A stretch of 64,000 nucleotides of DNA, from contig JBDOQK010000030.1 of the NCBI GenBank assembly GCA_040437565.1, positions 186,001 through 250,000 on the forward strand, given 5' to 3'. This stretch comes from Albugo candida. Taxonomy: Eukaryota. The notes under the pieces are model-generated. The model had not been told where the DNA came from and made no database searches. It saw only the letters and a program-made list of their open reading frames with translations. Position 1 is the first letter of the stretch, and the number at the start of each line of letters is the position of its first letter. The position numbers and the translations under genes were made by a program. Below, piece by piece: positions 38,647-51,909 of this stretch.

Positions 38647-39111
38647 ATGGAGCGATTGGTACAGCTTCTCGACACAAAATTGCAGTCAAAATCCGAAACG
38701 GAAATTGATACAGCAAAAATTCTTCAAAACAAAAAGGTCATAGGAATATATTTCAGTGGTCATTACTGTCCTCCATGCCGCCAATTCACTCCAGTTCTAG
38801 CTGAAGTGTATAATAAAATCAAAGACAAGCATGACGATTTCGAGATCATATTTGTCTCATCTGACAATACGGAGGACCAATTTAACCTATATTACGACTT
38901 CATGCCTTGGCTAGCACTGCCTTACAGTCGACGGGACATCAAGACTTCATTGTGCGACCAATTCGGCGTCAAAACAATTCCAACATTGGTTTTTCTCAAC
39001 GGAGAAGGAAAGCTACTGGAGACTCAAGGACGTTCTTTTGTGGTAGAACACGCGGCCAATCCTTCTTTGATTCGGCAGACTCTGCTATCAAGTGAAGGGA
39101 CTGAGATGTAG
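38647..39111 (+). CDS. Nucleoredoxin/tryparedoxin-like thioredoxin
   Basis: GIYFSGHYCPPCRQFTP, FEIIFVSSD, MPWLALPY, IPTLV; 154 aa. Confidence 0.92.
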   Translation: MERLVQLLDTKLQSKSETEIDTAKILQNKKVIGIYFSGHYCPPCRQFTPVLAEVYNKIKDKHDDFEIIFVSSDNTEDQFNLYYDFMPWLALPYSRRDIKTSLCDQFGVKTIPTLVFLNGEGKLLETQGRSFVVEHAANPSLIRQTLLSSEGTEM

Positions 39112-39249
39112 TCTTTCATACGCGCAGATTAACGCAGCACTTTAGTAATGAAAGCGTGCTCACTGTTATCCATTGATTGTAGCATTCTTTCTCACAAGCT
39201 CAAGACATTTTACTTTCTATAGCGCGTATCATGCAACTGGGATAAAACC

Positions 39250-39960
39250 TAGTGAATATTCTGTCCAGTATCATCATATCCAGCGTTTGTGCCTAAAATC
39301 TACTTGCAAAGAAGCCGCAATTCCCAACACCAAAATCCAAAACATTAGATAATTGTATTTCATATGCAGCTCGGGTATATTTGTGAAATTCATCTCTTAG
39401 ACTCCGTAAAAAATTGTGCAGGCAGGAAAACTGTTGTGAGATGGTCAGCGTATGGATGACATAATTCATTTGATTTGATTTCTGATCACGATAGCCCTCT
39501 GCCAGGAGACGACACATTTGTAATTGCAATTCTATATCGTCCAAAATTTGGACCATGTGATCGTGAACATCTCGAATATAAGCAATCACAACTTCATCAA
39601 AGTCTTCAATTTCAATCCGGGCTTCAATAGTCTTGGTAGACAAAATAACTCGTTCTTCAAACAGCGCAGCTTGGTGATATCGAAACGCTGTCTGAGCGTA
39701 TCCAATTCATCTTCCAACGTGATTAAAATTTCTGTGGTGGAATCCATCACAGTTGTCGCTCGGTCGACTATCACATCCAAAACCGCGTACAAAAGTAATT
39801 TGGCGTCATTGTGCCGCAATTTCGAATACGGAATTGCTAGTCGATGATTCAGCTCGTCCCAAACATTGGTCGAATCACCATTTTTGACCGTGATGAGGTT
39901 ACAATTCCCACAATAAATATTGCTACATGCTCGATCCAGATTATAAAAGGGTCTTCGTTG
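39250..39960 (-). pseudogene. CorA-like Mg2+ transporter pseudogene
   Basis: DAKLLLYAVLDVIVD, YIRDVHDH, QMNYVIHTLTI, TVFLPAQFF and EMNFTNIPELH are spread over several frames. The GMN signature is degenerate. Confidence 0.75.
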
Positions 39961-40419
39961 TCATCTACTTTCTGCGGATTCGGAAAGGAATCGGACCGGC
40001 TTTAGGAGATGTAGTGGAATCTAATCGAAACAGACTCGATAGTGATTTTGAGCGAGACTTTTGGCGCATTTTTGCCATATGTACAATCTTCTCATAGATC
40101 GACTCCATTCGAAAGACCGGAAACACAAGAATAATGTGTCCTTCATACAAATCACATNNNNNNNNNNNNNNNNNNNNNNNNNNNNNNNNNNNNNNNNNNN
40201 NNNNNNNNNNNNNNNNNNNNNNNNNNNNNNNNNNNNNNNNNNNNNNNNNNNNNNNNNAAAAAAGGGTCGGAAAGCTTCGATGCCTTCGGAGCGCACATCA
40301 GTCATGACACTAAAGCGAGGACAATATCGCTACTGACGAGAGAGATTGGAATATGTGAACATAGCAAGAAAGGGTACATTATTGAATTCCCAAAAGCATT
40401 TTAGAGACGATAAATGGAA

Positions 40420-41710
40420 TGTATTTCCATAGTTACTGATTGAAGCATTTTGCTCAGAATCTTTCTTGATAACCTTTGAAACAGCCATTTCAGAGTCTTC
40501 TTGAGTGACATGAATTCTTCGATCACGTAATGCAAACATTCCGGCTTACATGCAGACAGCTTTACACTCTGCACCGGACGCATTCGGCATTACTTTGAGA
40601 TCGATTCCTTGCGATAAATTCATTTTTCTTGGATGAATGCGAATAATATCCTTACGAGACTACAAGGAAAGCGTGAAGAATTGTTATGAGTGCCTGTTTC
40701 GATTTGCTTACCGTTTCAGTAGGATTGGGAAAATCAATCTTACGATCAATACGACCGGGACGCAGTAATGCTGCATCCGATATATCAATTCGATTTGTCG
40801 CCATGATAACTTTAATGTTCTGAGCTGGTTCAAAAGCATCTTATTGATATAAAAGCTCCAGCATCGTCCGTTGTACCTCTGAATCACCACTTCCGCCTTC
40901 CATTCTAGAGCTTCCAATCGAATCAATTTCATCCATGAAGATGATTGAGGCAATAGCTTCTCGCGCAATGACAAACTATTCACGGACCATACGGGCTCCT
41001 TCACCAATGTACTTTTGCACGAGTTCAGCGCCCGAAACTCGAATAAACGTACACTTAGTATGATGTGCTACAGCACGAGCAAGTAGTGTCTTTCCTGTTC
41101 CAGGAGGTCCAATCAGCAGCAGTCCCTTTGGCTGCGCTACACCGAACGCCTCACATAATTCTGGATGTTTGATAGGCAATTCGACAACTTCTTTGATGTC
41201 TCGTATCTATTTCTGAGACCACCACTCATGTCGTACGCTGAAATCTGGAACTTTGTCAACCTTCATGAGACTCACTAGGATCCACCAAATATAAGTCCGA
41301 CAAGCTCATAATCCCGAGATTCGACATAAAACAGTTGCCTCTGACCTTTTTAGGCAAGATTTTGTGAATCAGGTAGCTTTCGTTGCGTAAAGCCATAGCC
41401 ATTCATAAGACATATATCAACAATATCGATCAGTAGTACCTTGACAAGCACTTTCGATTTGCGCATCTGCTTGACAACTTCCCCCACATACGATCCTGGC
41501 TCTTGTGGTAATTGAAGCTCCTCACGAAGTAAGCGTACTTAATGAACGTTCGGTGGCGATGTGTGCGTATGGACGCCTTAAGTTTTGTGTTTTTTCTCGT
41601 ACTGTCAATTTTATTTGCTCAATTTTCTGCTGATAATAACGTGTCAGTCTAAAATGCTCTCTGTTGAGAGTTTGTTCGCCTTCGGAAGCTTTTTGTATCG
41701 TAATCGCCAC
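40420..41710 (-). pseudogene. RPT6: 26S proteasome AAA-ATPase RPT6 (PSMC5) pseudogene
   Basis: [55 protein letters not shown] and [15 protein letters not shown], with multiple stops, frameshifts and deletions. Confidence 0.88.
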
Positions 41711-42578
41711 ATTTTTTTTTGCCGAATGATCTCAAACACGGAATTACAAGAACTTGTATAGTAGATAGGATTCAATGGATCTATTGGTTAATAGTATTGA
41801 TATGCTGACAATTTAGCGTAAGTTCGGTCTATGGAAAAGTAATCGCGAAATCGCCGACTCTTCTGTTATACGTCATTTTATAACGGATATTATCATGTCT
41901 GTATCAAGAATCGCGTTAGAATGCAACATGGAAATGCTTGGACTGTTGACAAAAAGCGGTGTTGTAGCGCACTTTCAACAGCTATTCACTTCAATTAAGT
42001 AGCTACAACATCAAGCTGACGTGGCGTCGTATACATTACCAACAATTATCAGATAGAAACTGTCAAATCGTAAAGAGCAACAAACGACTCAGATCGATTT
42101 CCCGCGGGTTCATCCATCGCGGGTAACCTCACCCGCATTGTTCACATTTCAACCAATCATAATGCTACATATATAAAATCATCCAATCCACGCTCGATTC
42201 TTCCCTTGGTCGAAAGCTGTAATTGGCCTGAGCGCAATCATTCACCGCAGGGATACTGGTTTTTTGCAAGAGTTTTGAGCTTGACACGCAATGCCTTTCA
42301 TTTTTCGACGAGCTCTCTACTTCCAAAGTCTCACTTTGCACCCAAAACGCACCTTATCGATATATTTCGTCAATTGACTCTGAAAATATCTCTACTGCGT
42401 ACGTACACGCGCTTTAATAGAGCATCTCATCGTACGTTCTCAGCCTCGAAAATAAGACGCTGTAAGGCTCTCCTTCGTATCGAATCGCTCGTAAAAGTTC
42501 AAAGTCCCGGAACTGAATTCTGTATACTGAAAATAATCATATAACTGGCTCTACTGGCGTCAGACTGGCTTCTTTTCT

Positions 42579-43597
42579 ATGGCGGATGATCTCACATGCT
42601 CGGAAGAATATGGAACTGAGTCTTTAGTGAAAGAAGACAATGTGGACCCGAGTCAGCTCAACTCGTGTGCGCTCGATGTGCAACGAGTGATTCAAATGCA
42701 ATTGTATCGCGAAAAAGTCGGAGGGTATATGACTCGGAATGCCGATTACTTGCTGGAGATTCAGAAAGAAGGAATGGAAGCTTCTTGGCGACGTAAAATA
42801 TGTCATTGGATGTTTGAGGTATGTCCTTCTGGAAATATTGTGAATGAATGTACTGACGCGATACGTAGACCGGGAAAGCATTTGATTTGTCTGTTGACAC
42901 TGTGGGCTGTGCTGTCTATTACATGGATCAGTATTTGTCTCGATATTCGGTTGATAAGGTCATGCTTCAGCTATTATCGCTTGTTTGCATGGGAGTGGCG
43001 TCTAAAATGCATGAGAAATTCCCCATCACAATGGAAGAAATGCAAGTCTTATCACAGAAAAAATTCTCGTGTTTGGAAATTGGTCGATTAGAACGACAGC
43101 TTTTGCATCTGATAGAATGGAAACTCTCTCCCCCATGCTCCTTCACATTTGCAAAAACGCTTTTGGAAGGGATCCAACTACCGCATGATGAACGAGCAGA
43201 GATCACTGACGCGGTATGTGAGCTTCTCAAGGAAGTCACGGAAGATTATCATTCCATCCGAATCAAGTCTTCATTGCTTGGATTCGGAGCTGTGCACGTG
43301 GTCTGGAACCATAAACGTCTACGATCGTCCAGCTACTTGAAAAGTGCACTCAGCAGTCTTCAACTTGCTACCACCGAAAAAGATTTCATCGAAACGTATC
43401 GCTTCATCCTCCAGCAGCACCATACACGCTCTCAACAAGCGCGATTTATCAGCGTGGAAGAATCGAAATCGGAGACCTCACGGTCTGTGAGTCCTACTGG
43501 AGTCGATGATCCGGGATCTCTTGTCCGGCATCCAGTCGATGCGCTTTTCGATGCGATTTCAGAGGAAGGGAGACCCTCAAAGCGGCAACGATTTTGA
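42579..43597 (+). CDS. Cyclin, D-type-like (N-terminal LxCxE)
   Basis: Cyclin box WRRKICHWMFE/TGKAFDLSVDTVGCAVYYMDQYLS...LQLLSLVCMGVASKMHE...LERQLLHLIEWKL; intron 42819-42868. Confidence 0.9.
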
Positions 43598-44027
43598 AAA
43601 CCAAAGTGAGGGAATAAAAAGTTGAGAGTAAAAGGAAAATATAAATGACGCGTATTTATAATACGATATTGCATTCCGACGAGGATTCCGCATAATTCNN
43701 NNNNNNNNNNNNNNNNNNNNNNNNNNNNNNNNNNNNNNNNNNNNNNNNNNNNNNNNNNNNNNNNNNNNNNNNNNNNNNNNNNNNNNNNNNNNNNNNNNGG
43801 TCTGTGAGTCCTACTGGAGTCGATGATCCGGGATCTCTTGTCCGGCATCCAGTCGATGCGCTTTTCGATGCGATTTCAGAGGAAGGGAGACCCTCAAAGC
43901 GGCAACGATTTTGAAAACCAAAGTGAGGGAATAAAAAGTTGAGAGTAAAAGGAAAATATAAATGACGCGTATTTATAATACGATATTGCATTCCGACGAG
44001 GATTCCGCATAATTCAAAATTCAAATC

Positions 44028-45371
44028 TCATCGGCGAACGAGTGCGAGCGGTCGGATATCGCTTTCGAAAATATTTCTATCTGAGGCGCAGAACGCGAAA
44101 ATGGCTGCGCCAGCTACCAAAACAGCAGATGCTATCCCAAACACAAGATCCCAGCTTCCACTCGATTGTAATATGTATCCTGTAATCAAATTCCCCAGGA
44201 CCCCCGGTATCGTGGCGATCGTATTGGAGACGCCCATAACCATTCCCGCCTTTGTGCCACCAATATCGATCATATTCACCCAATATCCAGCCGATGCGCC
44301 TCGTCCAAAAAACATTGTCAGACTTAACAGAAAAGTCGCTTTTGACGGCGAAGCGAATCGCAATGAGTAAAGCGCCAACGCCGACAGCGAAAACGACAGT
44401 GTGTTAATAAGCTTACGAGCACTTACAACGCGTACGCTCCGATCGACAATCAGCCAATCTCCAATTCGCCCAAAACAAATGCCACCAACGTACCCGCAAA
44501 TGTACGGAATGATTGTCGTTAGACCTTGCGCGTTGAAGTCAATGTTCAACACTTGATGGTAGTATTGCGGTATCCACCCTAAAAGGACGTACCAGCCGTA
44601 ATTGTAAGAGAAATGAGCAGCATAAATAGCCCATGCGGATCGATGCGTCAATAACGGTGTCCATACTGCTATTTCTCCATCCGGATTCTTTGATTCGTCG
44701 ATTTTTAATGTTTCCTTTTCGATAAATTCGAAATGGAAAAAATACAAAATCCATAAAAGGCTTAATGAGCCAAATACGACGAAAACAGCGGGATAACCCG
44801 CCATATTGATGAGCAATGGAGTCAGTAGCATGGAAGTGATGGTGCCTATGTCGGTCCCGCTTGATACAATGGACACTAGACGGCTTTTTAGGCGGAGAGG
44901 GTATGTCGAGGAGATCTGGTGCACACACGGGAAGAGGATGCCTTCTCCGAGACCCATTGTCGCTCGAGAGAGGTACAGAAGCACTTTGTTGGTCGCTGTG
45001 AATACTGTCATCAGATCCTAATGCGCGTATGAGAAGAGAAGCAATATAGAAGAAGTATCTACGCACAGAGATTGTCCATATGATAACACCCAGAATAAGG
45101 ACATTTTCCGCTCCGAATCGGTGTGCCCAAATGCCTCCAAAGACCTTTTCTTGCAGACCTTCATTAAGAGCGCGGTATTAAGTGCAGGGAGATAACAAAC
45201 TTGCGTGGTGATGTATCCGAAATAAAAGGAGGAGAGAATGCGACTTTGATCGATTCTGGAAGATGTGAGGAAAGGTACGACGATGCTGATATTGGTGCGA
45301 GCTGCGTAGGAGAGAAGCGTCACCAAGAAGCACAGAATTGCGATCAGATAACGCTTTTGAAAGATCGTCAT
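44028..45371 (-). CDS. MFS anion:cation symporter (SLC17/ACS family)
   Basis: YAARTNISIV, ILSSFYFGYITTQ, MGLGEGILFP, MGVSNTIATIPG; two short introns near the 5' end. Confidence 0.9.
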
Positions 45372-45572
45372 GCAGTTCTGAGTCTGAGAATCTGATTATG
45401 GTACATGGGAATCAGATGAGGGTTGATATGGACACTAGTAATGATGTTTTATTACTGCTCAAGGGCGCGCACGGAGAAAGGAAGCTTAAACGCACATAAA
45501 TGGGATCAATACAGCTATTGAGACTCGTGGAGAGGAGATGAAAAAATGCAATGGTAATGTATTGAGGTGTGG

Positions 45573-46164
45573 TCAGTGCCCAGCTCCATGCGTATGCTCT
45601 TCATTGCGTTTCTTTCCTTCTTGCCTTTTTTTCTCCAAGACAATAGCATTCATACGAGTCAGCTTTTTTCCACAGTTTCAGTTAGTCATAATGCATAGAT
45701 AGATACAAGTTGCTTACCTCTTTTTTATGATGCAAACATTCGATGTAATCTTCCGCTTGTAAAGTACATTGCCCCAAATAATCAGAATTTTTCTAGTAAT
45801 GTATATGTGCGNNNNNNNNNNNNNNNNNNNNNNNNNNNNNNNNNNNNNNNNNNNNNNNNNNNNNNNNNNNNNNNNNNNNNNNNNNNNNNNNNNNNNNNNN
45901 NNNNNNNNNNNCACAGTTTCAGTTAGTCATAATGCATAGATAGATACAAGTTGCTTACCTCTTTTTTATGATGCAAACATTCGATGTAATCTTCCGCTTG
46001 TAAAGTACATTGCCCCAAATAATCAGAATTTTTCTAGTAATGTATATGTGCGGTTGAAGACACACAGTGGTGAAAAGCAAAAGACGTACATTGCACTCTT
46101 CAACTTCTTTCCAAAATCTATAACATCGTCCCTCATGGCCGTTGAATCCAAACCCAGAAGCCAT
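45573..46164 (-). CDS. NDUFS5: Mitochondrial complex I subunit NDUFS5 (twin CX9C), 3 exons
   Basis: MASGFGFNGHEGRCYRFWKEVEEC / ..QCTLQAEDYIECLHHKKE / LTRMNAIVLEKKRQEG..*. The middle exon is duplicated across a gap. Confidence 0.85.
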
Positions 46165-46681
46165 TTTGTACAATTCGATGAATTGATCACCGTTCTCGGC
46201 TAAGTACGCTTTGGGAACCAAATCAAGAGGAAACATTCGTATGGGTGTCTTATGGAATTTCTTCCTTTCCAGTCTTCTGCTGACAAATGCAGTTTGCGTT
46301 CTACACGATAGACGCTTTTTGCGAACATGTAATGCGTATCCTATTGTCTTTAAAGTGGTTTAACACTTGGTGATAGATGGATGGGATCGAATCGAATCGA
46401 GTCAAGGAACGACGGTCAAAAATCAAATCATCGGCTTTCTTATTGCCGTTCAATATCTGAGACGTAAGTACCTTCCGCAGCGTGTATCTCCTCGATTCAC
46501 AACGTTCCGTACCACAGTACCGCTTATCATTGTCAACATTCTAATGATCATTCTGGAACTTCTCATGGGCTGATCATCATTCTTGCATCAAGTGTGCATG
46601 AATGAATGTTTACACAGCAGGTGTTTCTGATTGGTACAAAAGCGCACAAAGTAGACGAAAGGATAGCTTTATATTCCCATT

Positions 46682-47988
46682 TTAAACTTTACTATAGTCC
46701 ATACTGGACTCCAGCTTCTTCACTTCGCCGAGTTTACGCGCTGCCTTCATAAAGTCTTCTTCCACAACGTACTCGCGGTCAGCACGAATGGCAAACATTC
46801 CAGCTTCTGTGCAAACATTGCGGAGATCTGCGCCGTTGAATCCATCCGTCAGCTTGATGATAGAATCGTAGTCGATTTCGCCTTTCTTTGTGATCGGAGC
46901 GCAGTGAATTTTCAATATATCCATACGAGAAGCTTCATTTGGTAGTGGGATCTCAATTTTTCGATCCAAGCGCCCCGGACGAAGTAACGCTGGATCCAAA
47001 ATATCAGGTCGATTGGTCGCCATCACCATCTTGACTTGACCAAGCGCATCAAAACCATCCAACTGATTCAGTAGCTCCATGAGCGTACGCTGGATTTCAC
47101 GATCAGCAGATGTGCCCTCGGAAAAACGACTGCCTCCAATCGCATCAATTTCGTCCATGAAAATCACACAAGGCTGGTGATCACGAGCATATCCAAACAT
47201 CTCACGAATAATCCTAGCACTTTCACCAATGTACTTGTCGACGATGGCACTTGCCACAACTTTGAGAAATGTTGCATTAATGTTACACGCAAGTGCTCGA
47301 GCCAGTAATGTCTTCCCAGTACCAGGTGGGCCGTATAAAAGCACACCTTTTGGCGGTTTGATTCCGACGCGAAGGAAGAGCTCAGGATTTGTAAGTGGTA
47401 ACTCAACGACTTCTCGTAGTTCTCGAATTTGCTCGTTGAGTCCACCGATTGTTGAGAAGGAAACACCTCCTGCATCTTCATCCAGCATATGATACACAGT
47501 TGGGTCGACTTCCCGAGGTAGTCGACGCATGATCGTGAGCGTCGTCATATCAAGAGCCACTCTAGTGCCGTTGATCAGGCTCTTTTTGTCAAGTTTGGTC
47601 CGGCAGCCGACAATGTAGCGTGGTCCACTGGACGATTTTATAATGAACCGATCATCATCCAATTGGCGTACCACTTCGCCGATCATTTGCCCCACGCTCT
47701 ACAGAAGGACATAGACGTCACGACAATGCGGTTTGGATTGGAATGACGTACTTGTAGCGCCTTGAGGTCATCTTCTGTTTTGTAGTATTCAGTACTGAGA
47801 GATTTGACGTTTTCACGCTTGATTTTTATGCTATAGTATAAAGGCAGTAAGATATTGGCCCCATTTCATATACGCGCAATGCGGCAGACTTACTTGCTTT
47901 CCATTCGACGATGTTCCATAACTTTTTCTCTATAGGCTCTCAACACTTGAGAACGTTCATCGTCCGTGGAAGTTGGTGACTGTGACAT
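46682..47988 (-). CDS. RPT4: 26S proteasome AAA-ATPase RPT4 (PSMC6)
   Basis: [58 protein letters not shown]; two 5' introns; start MSQSPT at 47988. Confidence 0.96.
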
Positions 47989-48603
47989 AATTTCCTCTTA
48001 TCCGAAAGCGCTTTCAAGCTTTAGAAGTCTTTCGACTGCAGCAAAGGGTGAAGAATCGATTTATACAGGTACCATATATCAATAGGTAGAGGTATGATTC
48101 AAATGGAATCTTATTAATCTAACGGCGCGATACGAGACATCTGGTCACATCACTGGGTAAATGCACGAATAATGACACAGCGACGAGCACAATGTGCTGA
48201 TCGACTTTGCTGCCTCTACTATATATTTAAGGCGAGGCTCAATACCTGTTTCTGCATATTTTATAATGTCAATTATGGATTTGACGCACTTGCAATCTAT
48301 AAAGGTTTGTTTATAGAAAGTTGCACAAATGACCGAATTGAGAAGCGTACGCAAACTGAACAGAGTATTACTCTGCTGAATACACGCTCCCAACTACTTC
48401 GCCTTTGCAGTCACAAAGACACCGCTACCATATAACACATACCGCTGGTCCAAAAAGATACCTTTTTCATTGAATTAGCAATTGGTTTTATAATGTGACC
48501 GATACAATTTATAAGGCAATGTATCCCTCACGTATGCCTCTTCAATGCAACGCACTCATAAACTCACTCTAAATATAAAGGATTGTGACCGCTAGTGGCG
48601 TTT

Positions 48604-50394
48604 ATGGGCGAGGCAAACGAATGGAAAGAACTACATCGGCAGATATCTACTATAAGCTCAGCATCAATGAATAATACAAATTGTCTTCCAAACAAAAGCT
48701 TTTTTAAAGTGGAGTGTAACGAGGACGTCTCAAATAAAAGAGGTAATGAGTGTGGCGATATCCTCAAAGAGGCAACATTAAAGTCTGTGGATTTGCATGC
48801 TGAGCTATCACATCAACAGAAGCTACCCGATTATGATATATTGCAACGAAATCTCGATCGAGCACACGAGAATATGAAGGCGATCATTTTTGTAAGACAT
48901 ACGTCTTCCTCCCTCACAACTCTCTAATCGCTCACTCAATAATGACAGTCGTATTTTGTAAATACTCAACAACAATTAAGTGACTCACATGAAATTGAGA
49001 GGAAGAAACTCCTTGCGACTCACAGTAATGAGGTCATTTTGCTTGAGGTTTGTCTGAGTCAAAAGTATTGAGTGGCAACGGACTCACTGCATTTTCACAG
49101 AAACGCGTCGAGGAATTGCAACAGCGTTTACACAAATCAAATGAGATCGTAACAAGGAACCAAAACAAGCACAATCACATTATCAAAGCATTATGCGCTC
49201 GATCGATATATTTGGTGCGTTTCTACCTCCAACCTTTGAACCTCATCTACTGACACTTTTTTACAGGACCGAATGTGGCGGGGTAGCTGCTCAAGCCGAT
49301 CGATTTTCCAATGCTGGAAAAAACACATACAAAGTCGCAGACGACGCGCTGCAGTGTTACATACAAAGTCGTATCGCAATCGAACTCATACATTACGCTC
49401 AAGTCTCANNNNNNNNNNNNNNNNNNNNNNNNNNNNNNNNNNNNNNNNNNNNNNNNNNNNNNNNNNNNNNNNNNNNNNNNNNNNNNNNNNNNNNNNNNNN
49501 NNNNNNNNTATTTGGTGCGTTTCTACCTCCAACCTTTGAACCTCATCTACTGACACTTTTTTACAGGACCGAATGTGGCGGGGTAGCTGCTCAAGCCGAT
49601 CGATTTTCCAATGCTGGAAAAAACACATACAAAGTCGCAGACGACGCGCTGCAGTGTTACATACAAAGTCGTATCGCAATCGAACTCATACATTACGCTC
49701 AAGTCTCAATTTCTGGAGAAATGAGACCCTCACGAGTAAATCCTCAAGACAAAATGCTGAAGGGAGGAAGCGACAAATGGACGATCGTATAGCATTAATG
49801 AGCGAGTATCAAAGTCAGATCACTGCCCTTCAAAACGACCTGCAGGTTGCACGAGAGATGGCTGATCAAGCGGGTGGAAAACAACGGCAAATGGAAGAGG
49901 ACTTACGAAAGATTTTCTTACGTGGAGTATCTGCAATGAACATTGAAGCTCTTTCTCTATTCCGACACCAACACACTAAGAAACACATCGATGGGGAAGA
50001 TGCACAGACTCCTTCATCAATGAATAAAAATGCTGAGGGTTTGGTAGAGAGTGATTTGAGGAAGCCTCAAGGATTCGATGAGGTGAGGGCAATGAGGAAA
50101 TGTGTTAATGACGAGGAATTGAGTGAGGATAAAGTTCTAGAAAGCTGTCTTTCCCGCGCTGAATTGCCAGTCAAGAAACCTGTTGAGCATGCAGATATGC
50201 AGCTCAAGTTGCAGAAGCTGATAGCTACTTCACAGGAGCAACTTAAACAGATACAAAGACAGCACAAGCACATTGCTCCGTCGTCTGATCGACACATTTC
50301 ATCGGATACGATGCGGAAGCTCAATATGTCACGAGGACCGCACGCAGCAACATGTCAGGATCCATCCCAGCGTCTTGACAGCAAGCACAGCTAA
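48604..50394 (+). CDS. POC5: Centriolar protein POC5-like (multi-exon)
   Basis: Sfi1-like FQCWKKHI..LNFWRNE centrin-binding pattern, coiled coil and EEDLRKIFLRGVSAMNIEALSLF (POC5 box). Start codon uncertain. Confidence 0.7.
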
Positions 50395-50468
50395 TCACAT
50401 TGATATGTATCACATTTTCTATTCAGCGTGAGGGAAGGATTCCCGTTTTGTGAGGAGAGAGACCATCC

Positions 50469-51366
50469 TCACATTAGTAATCGATTCAACTCATCAAAAT
50501 GTGTGATAAAGTAATCGGCTTTGGCTCTGACGCTTTCACGAGCCACAATTCCTCCGTATCCGATAAATAAGTCGGCCGGTGGTACAGCTTGCGCATCGGT
50601 CATTCCGTCTCCAACCATTGCCACCACTTTGTGTCCGTACACTCTTTTGATCCTATACAAATTCCAAGTTTGAAAACGTGAGTACAGCGCCAAACCCTCT
50701 CAAAAGCTGTCTCACTCGGCTACTGCTTTGGCTTTGCCTCCATCAGCGGAGGTGAATTCTCTGGAATCAAAACCACGATACGCGCCATCGTCATCGAAAT
50801 ACAATGTGTTTGCAAAGATATTGGATTCTGGAATTTCTAATTGCCGAGCAACTGGTTCAATCATCTATTCGGTGGTGAAAATCTGTAAAACAATACGAAA
50901 AGATACTTTCGTACCAATCGAAAGCCTCCCGAAATCAAAAAAACACAAATTTCTTTTTTTTCCAGCGTCATTATCAGCTCTTGAATCCCATCACTGAGCG
51001 CCGGAGGATACCGGCAAAGACAGTTTCGAATATCGTTCAGAGATGGCTTAATGAGTTGCAATCGCTTTGCTAAAGCATCTTCAAATTTCATGTCGCCATC
51101 CATTGCGCTACATTACAGCAACATTATATGTGTCCTATAGTTTCGAGGTATTCGTACTTGTTGGTTAAATTCCCAACAGCTTTGCCGACTCCCTGGTAAT
51201 GAGCTAGTACATCAATGCCTTCTTCCTTACAAACTGTGCTATCAACATCGAAACAAACCGCATCTAGTCTATCAAGCAGCGAAGTAATGGTTTTTGTGGG
51301 GCTGTGAATCGATCTCGACGACGATCCAAAATGATGTAACGTGATTCGAGAAATAATGCGTTCCAT
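50469..51366 (-). CDS. PSPH: Phosphoserine phosphatase (HAD family), 4 exons
   Basis: AVCFDVDSTVCKEEGIDVLA, LISGGF, GGKAKAV, MVGDGMTD. Confidence 0.93.
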
Positions 51367-51909
51367 CGAATAGGTATAGTCGTATCAAATATTGAAAAGA
51401 GCACAACGGGTTGTGTGACATGAGCACCTTGCCCTTATCATTCGACAACAGCTGAGCTCGCTGTGCGTCAGCCTGGTGACTTTACTTGGATACACTAGAG
51501 CCAATGATTTCGGTTGAATATCACATATAAAAGGTTCGAGCGGGAATGTTACAAAATACATAGATTGTACCGACAGGGAGATAAAAGTACGGAGGTGGTC
51601 GCTTTCCAAATTTACGATCTTTTTCTGATTTTTACCGACTAGACGTAATCTAAAAAATCAATAAATTTTTAGAGTTTTGTTTGGTCGTGTGTCTTTATCA
51701 GAAAAAACGCACACCTCATTCGCGATTGGCAAATACACAATTACTAATTCTGAGACACGCTACCACCGTTTTTGCGACATCTATGCGAAGGAAAAATCCT
51801 TTTGTTACCAAGAAGGTGCACTTTACCAGATGAAAGGCGATCAGTATATATATACACTGCCAGTATTCTCCTCAACCCAACAAAAGGGTGTCTGTTTAAT
51901 TAACGATTG

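Noticed and set aside
44539-45066. 175-aa alternate-frame ORF overlapping the MFS gene, and other antisense ORFs over real genes
   Set aside because: Shadow ORFs with no independent motifs.
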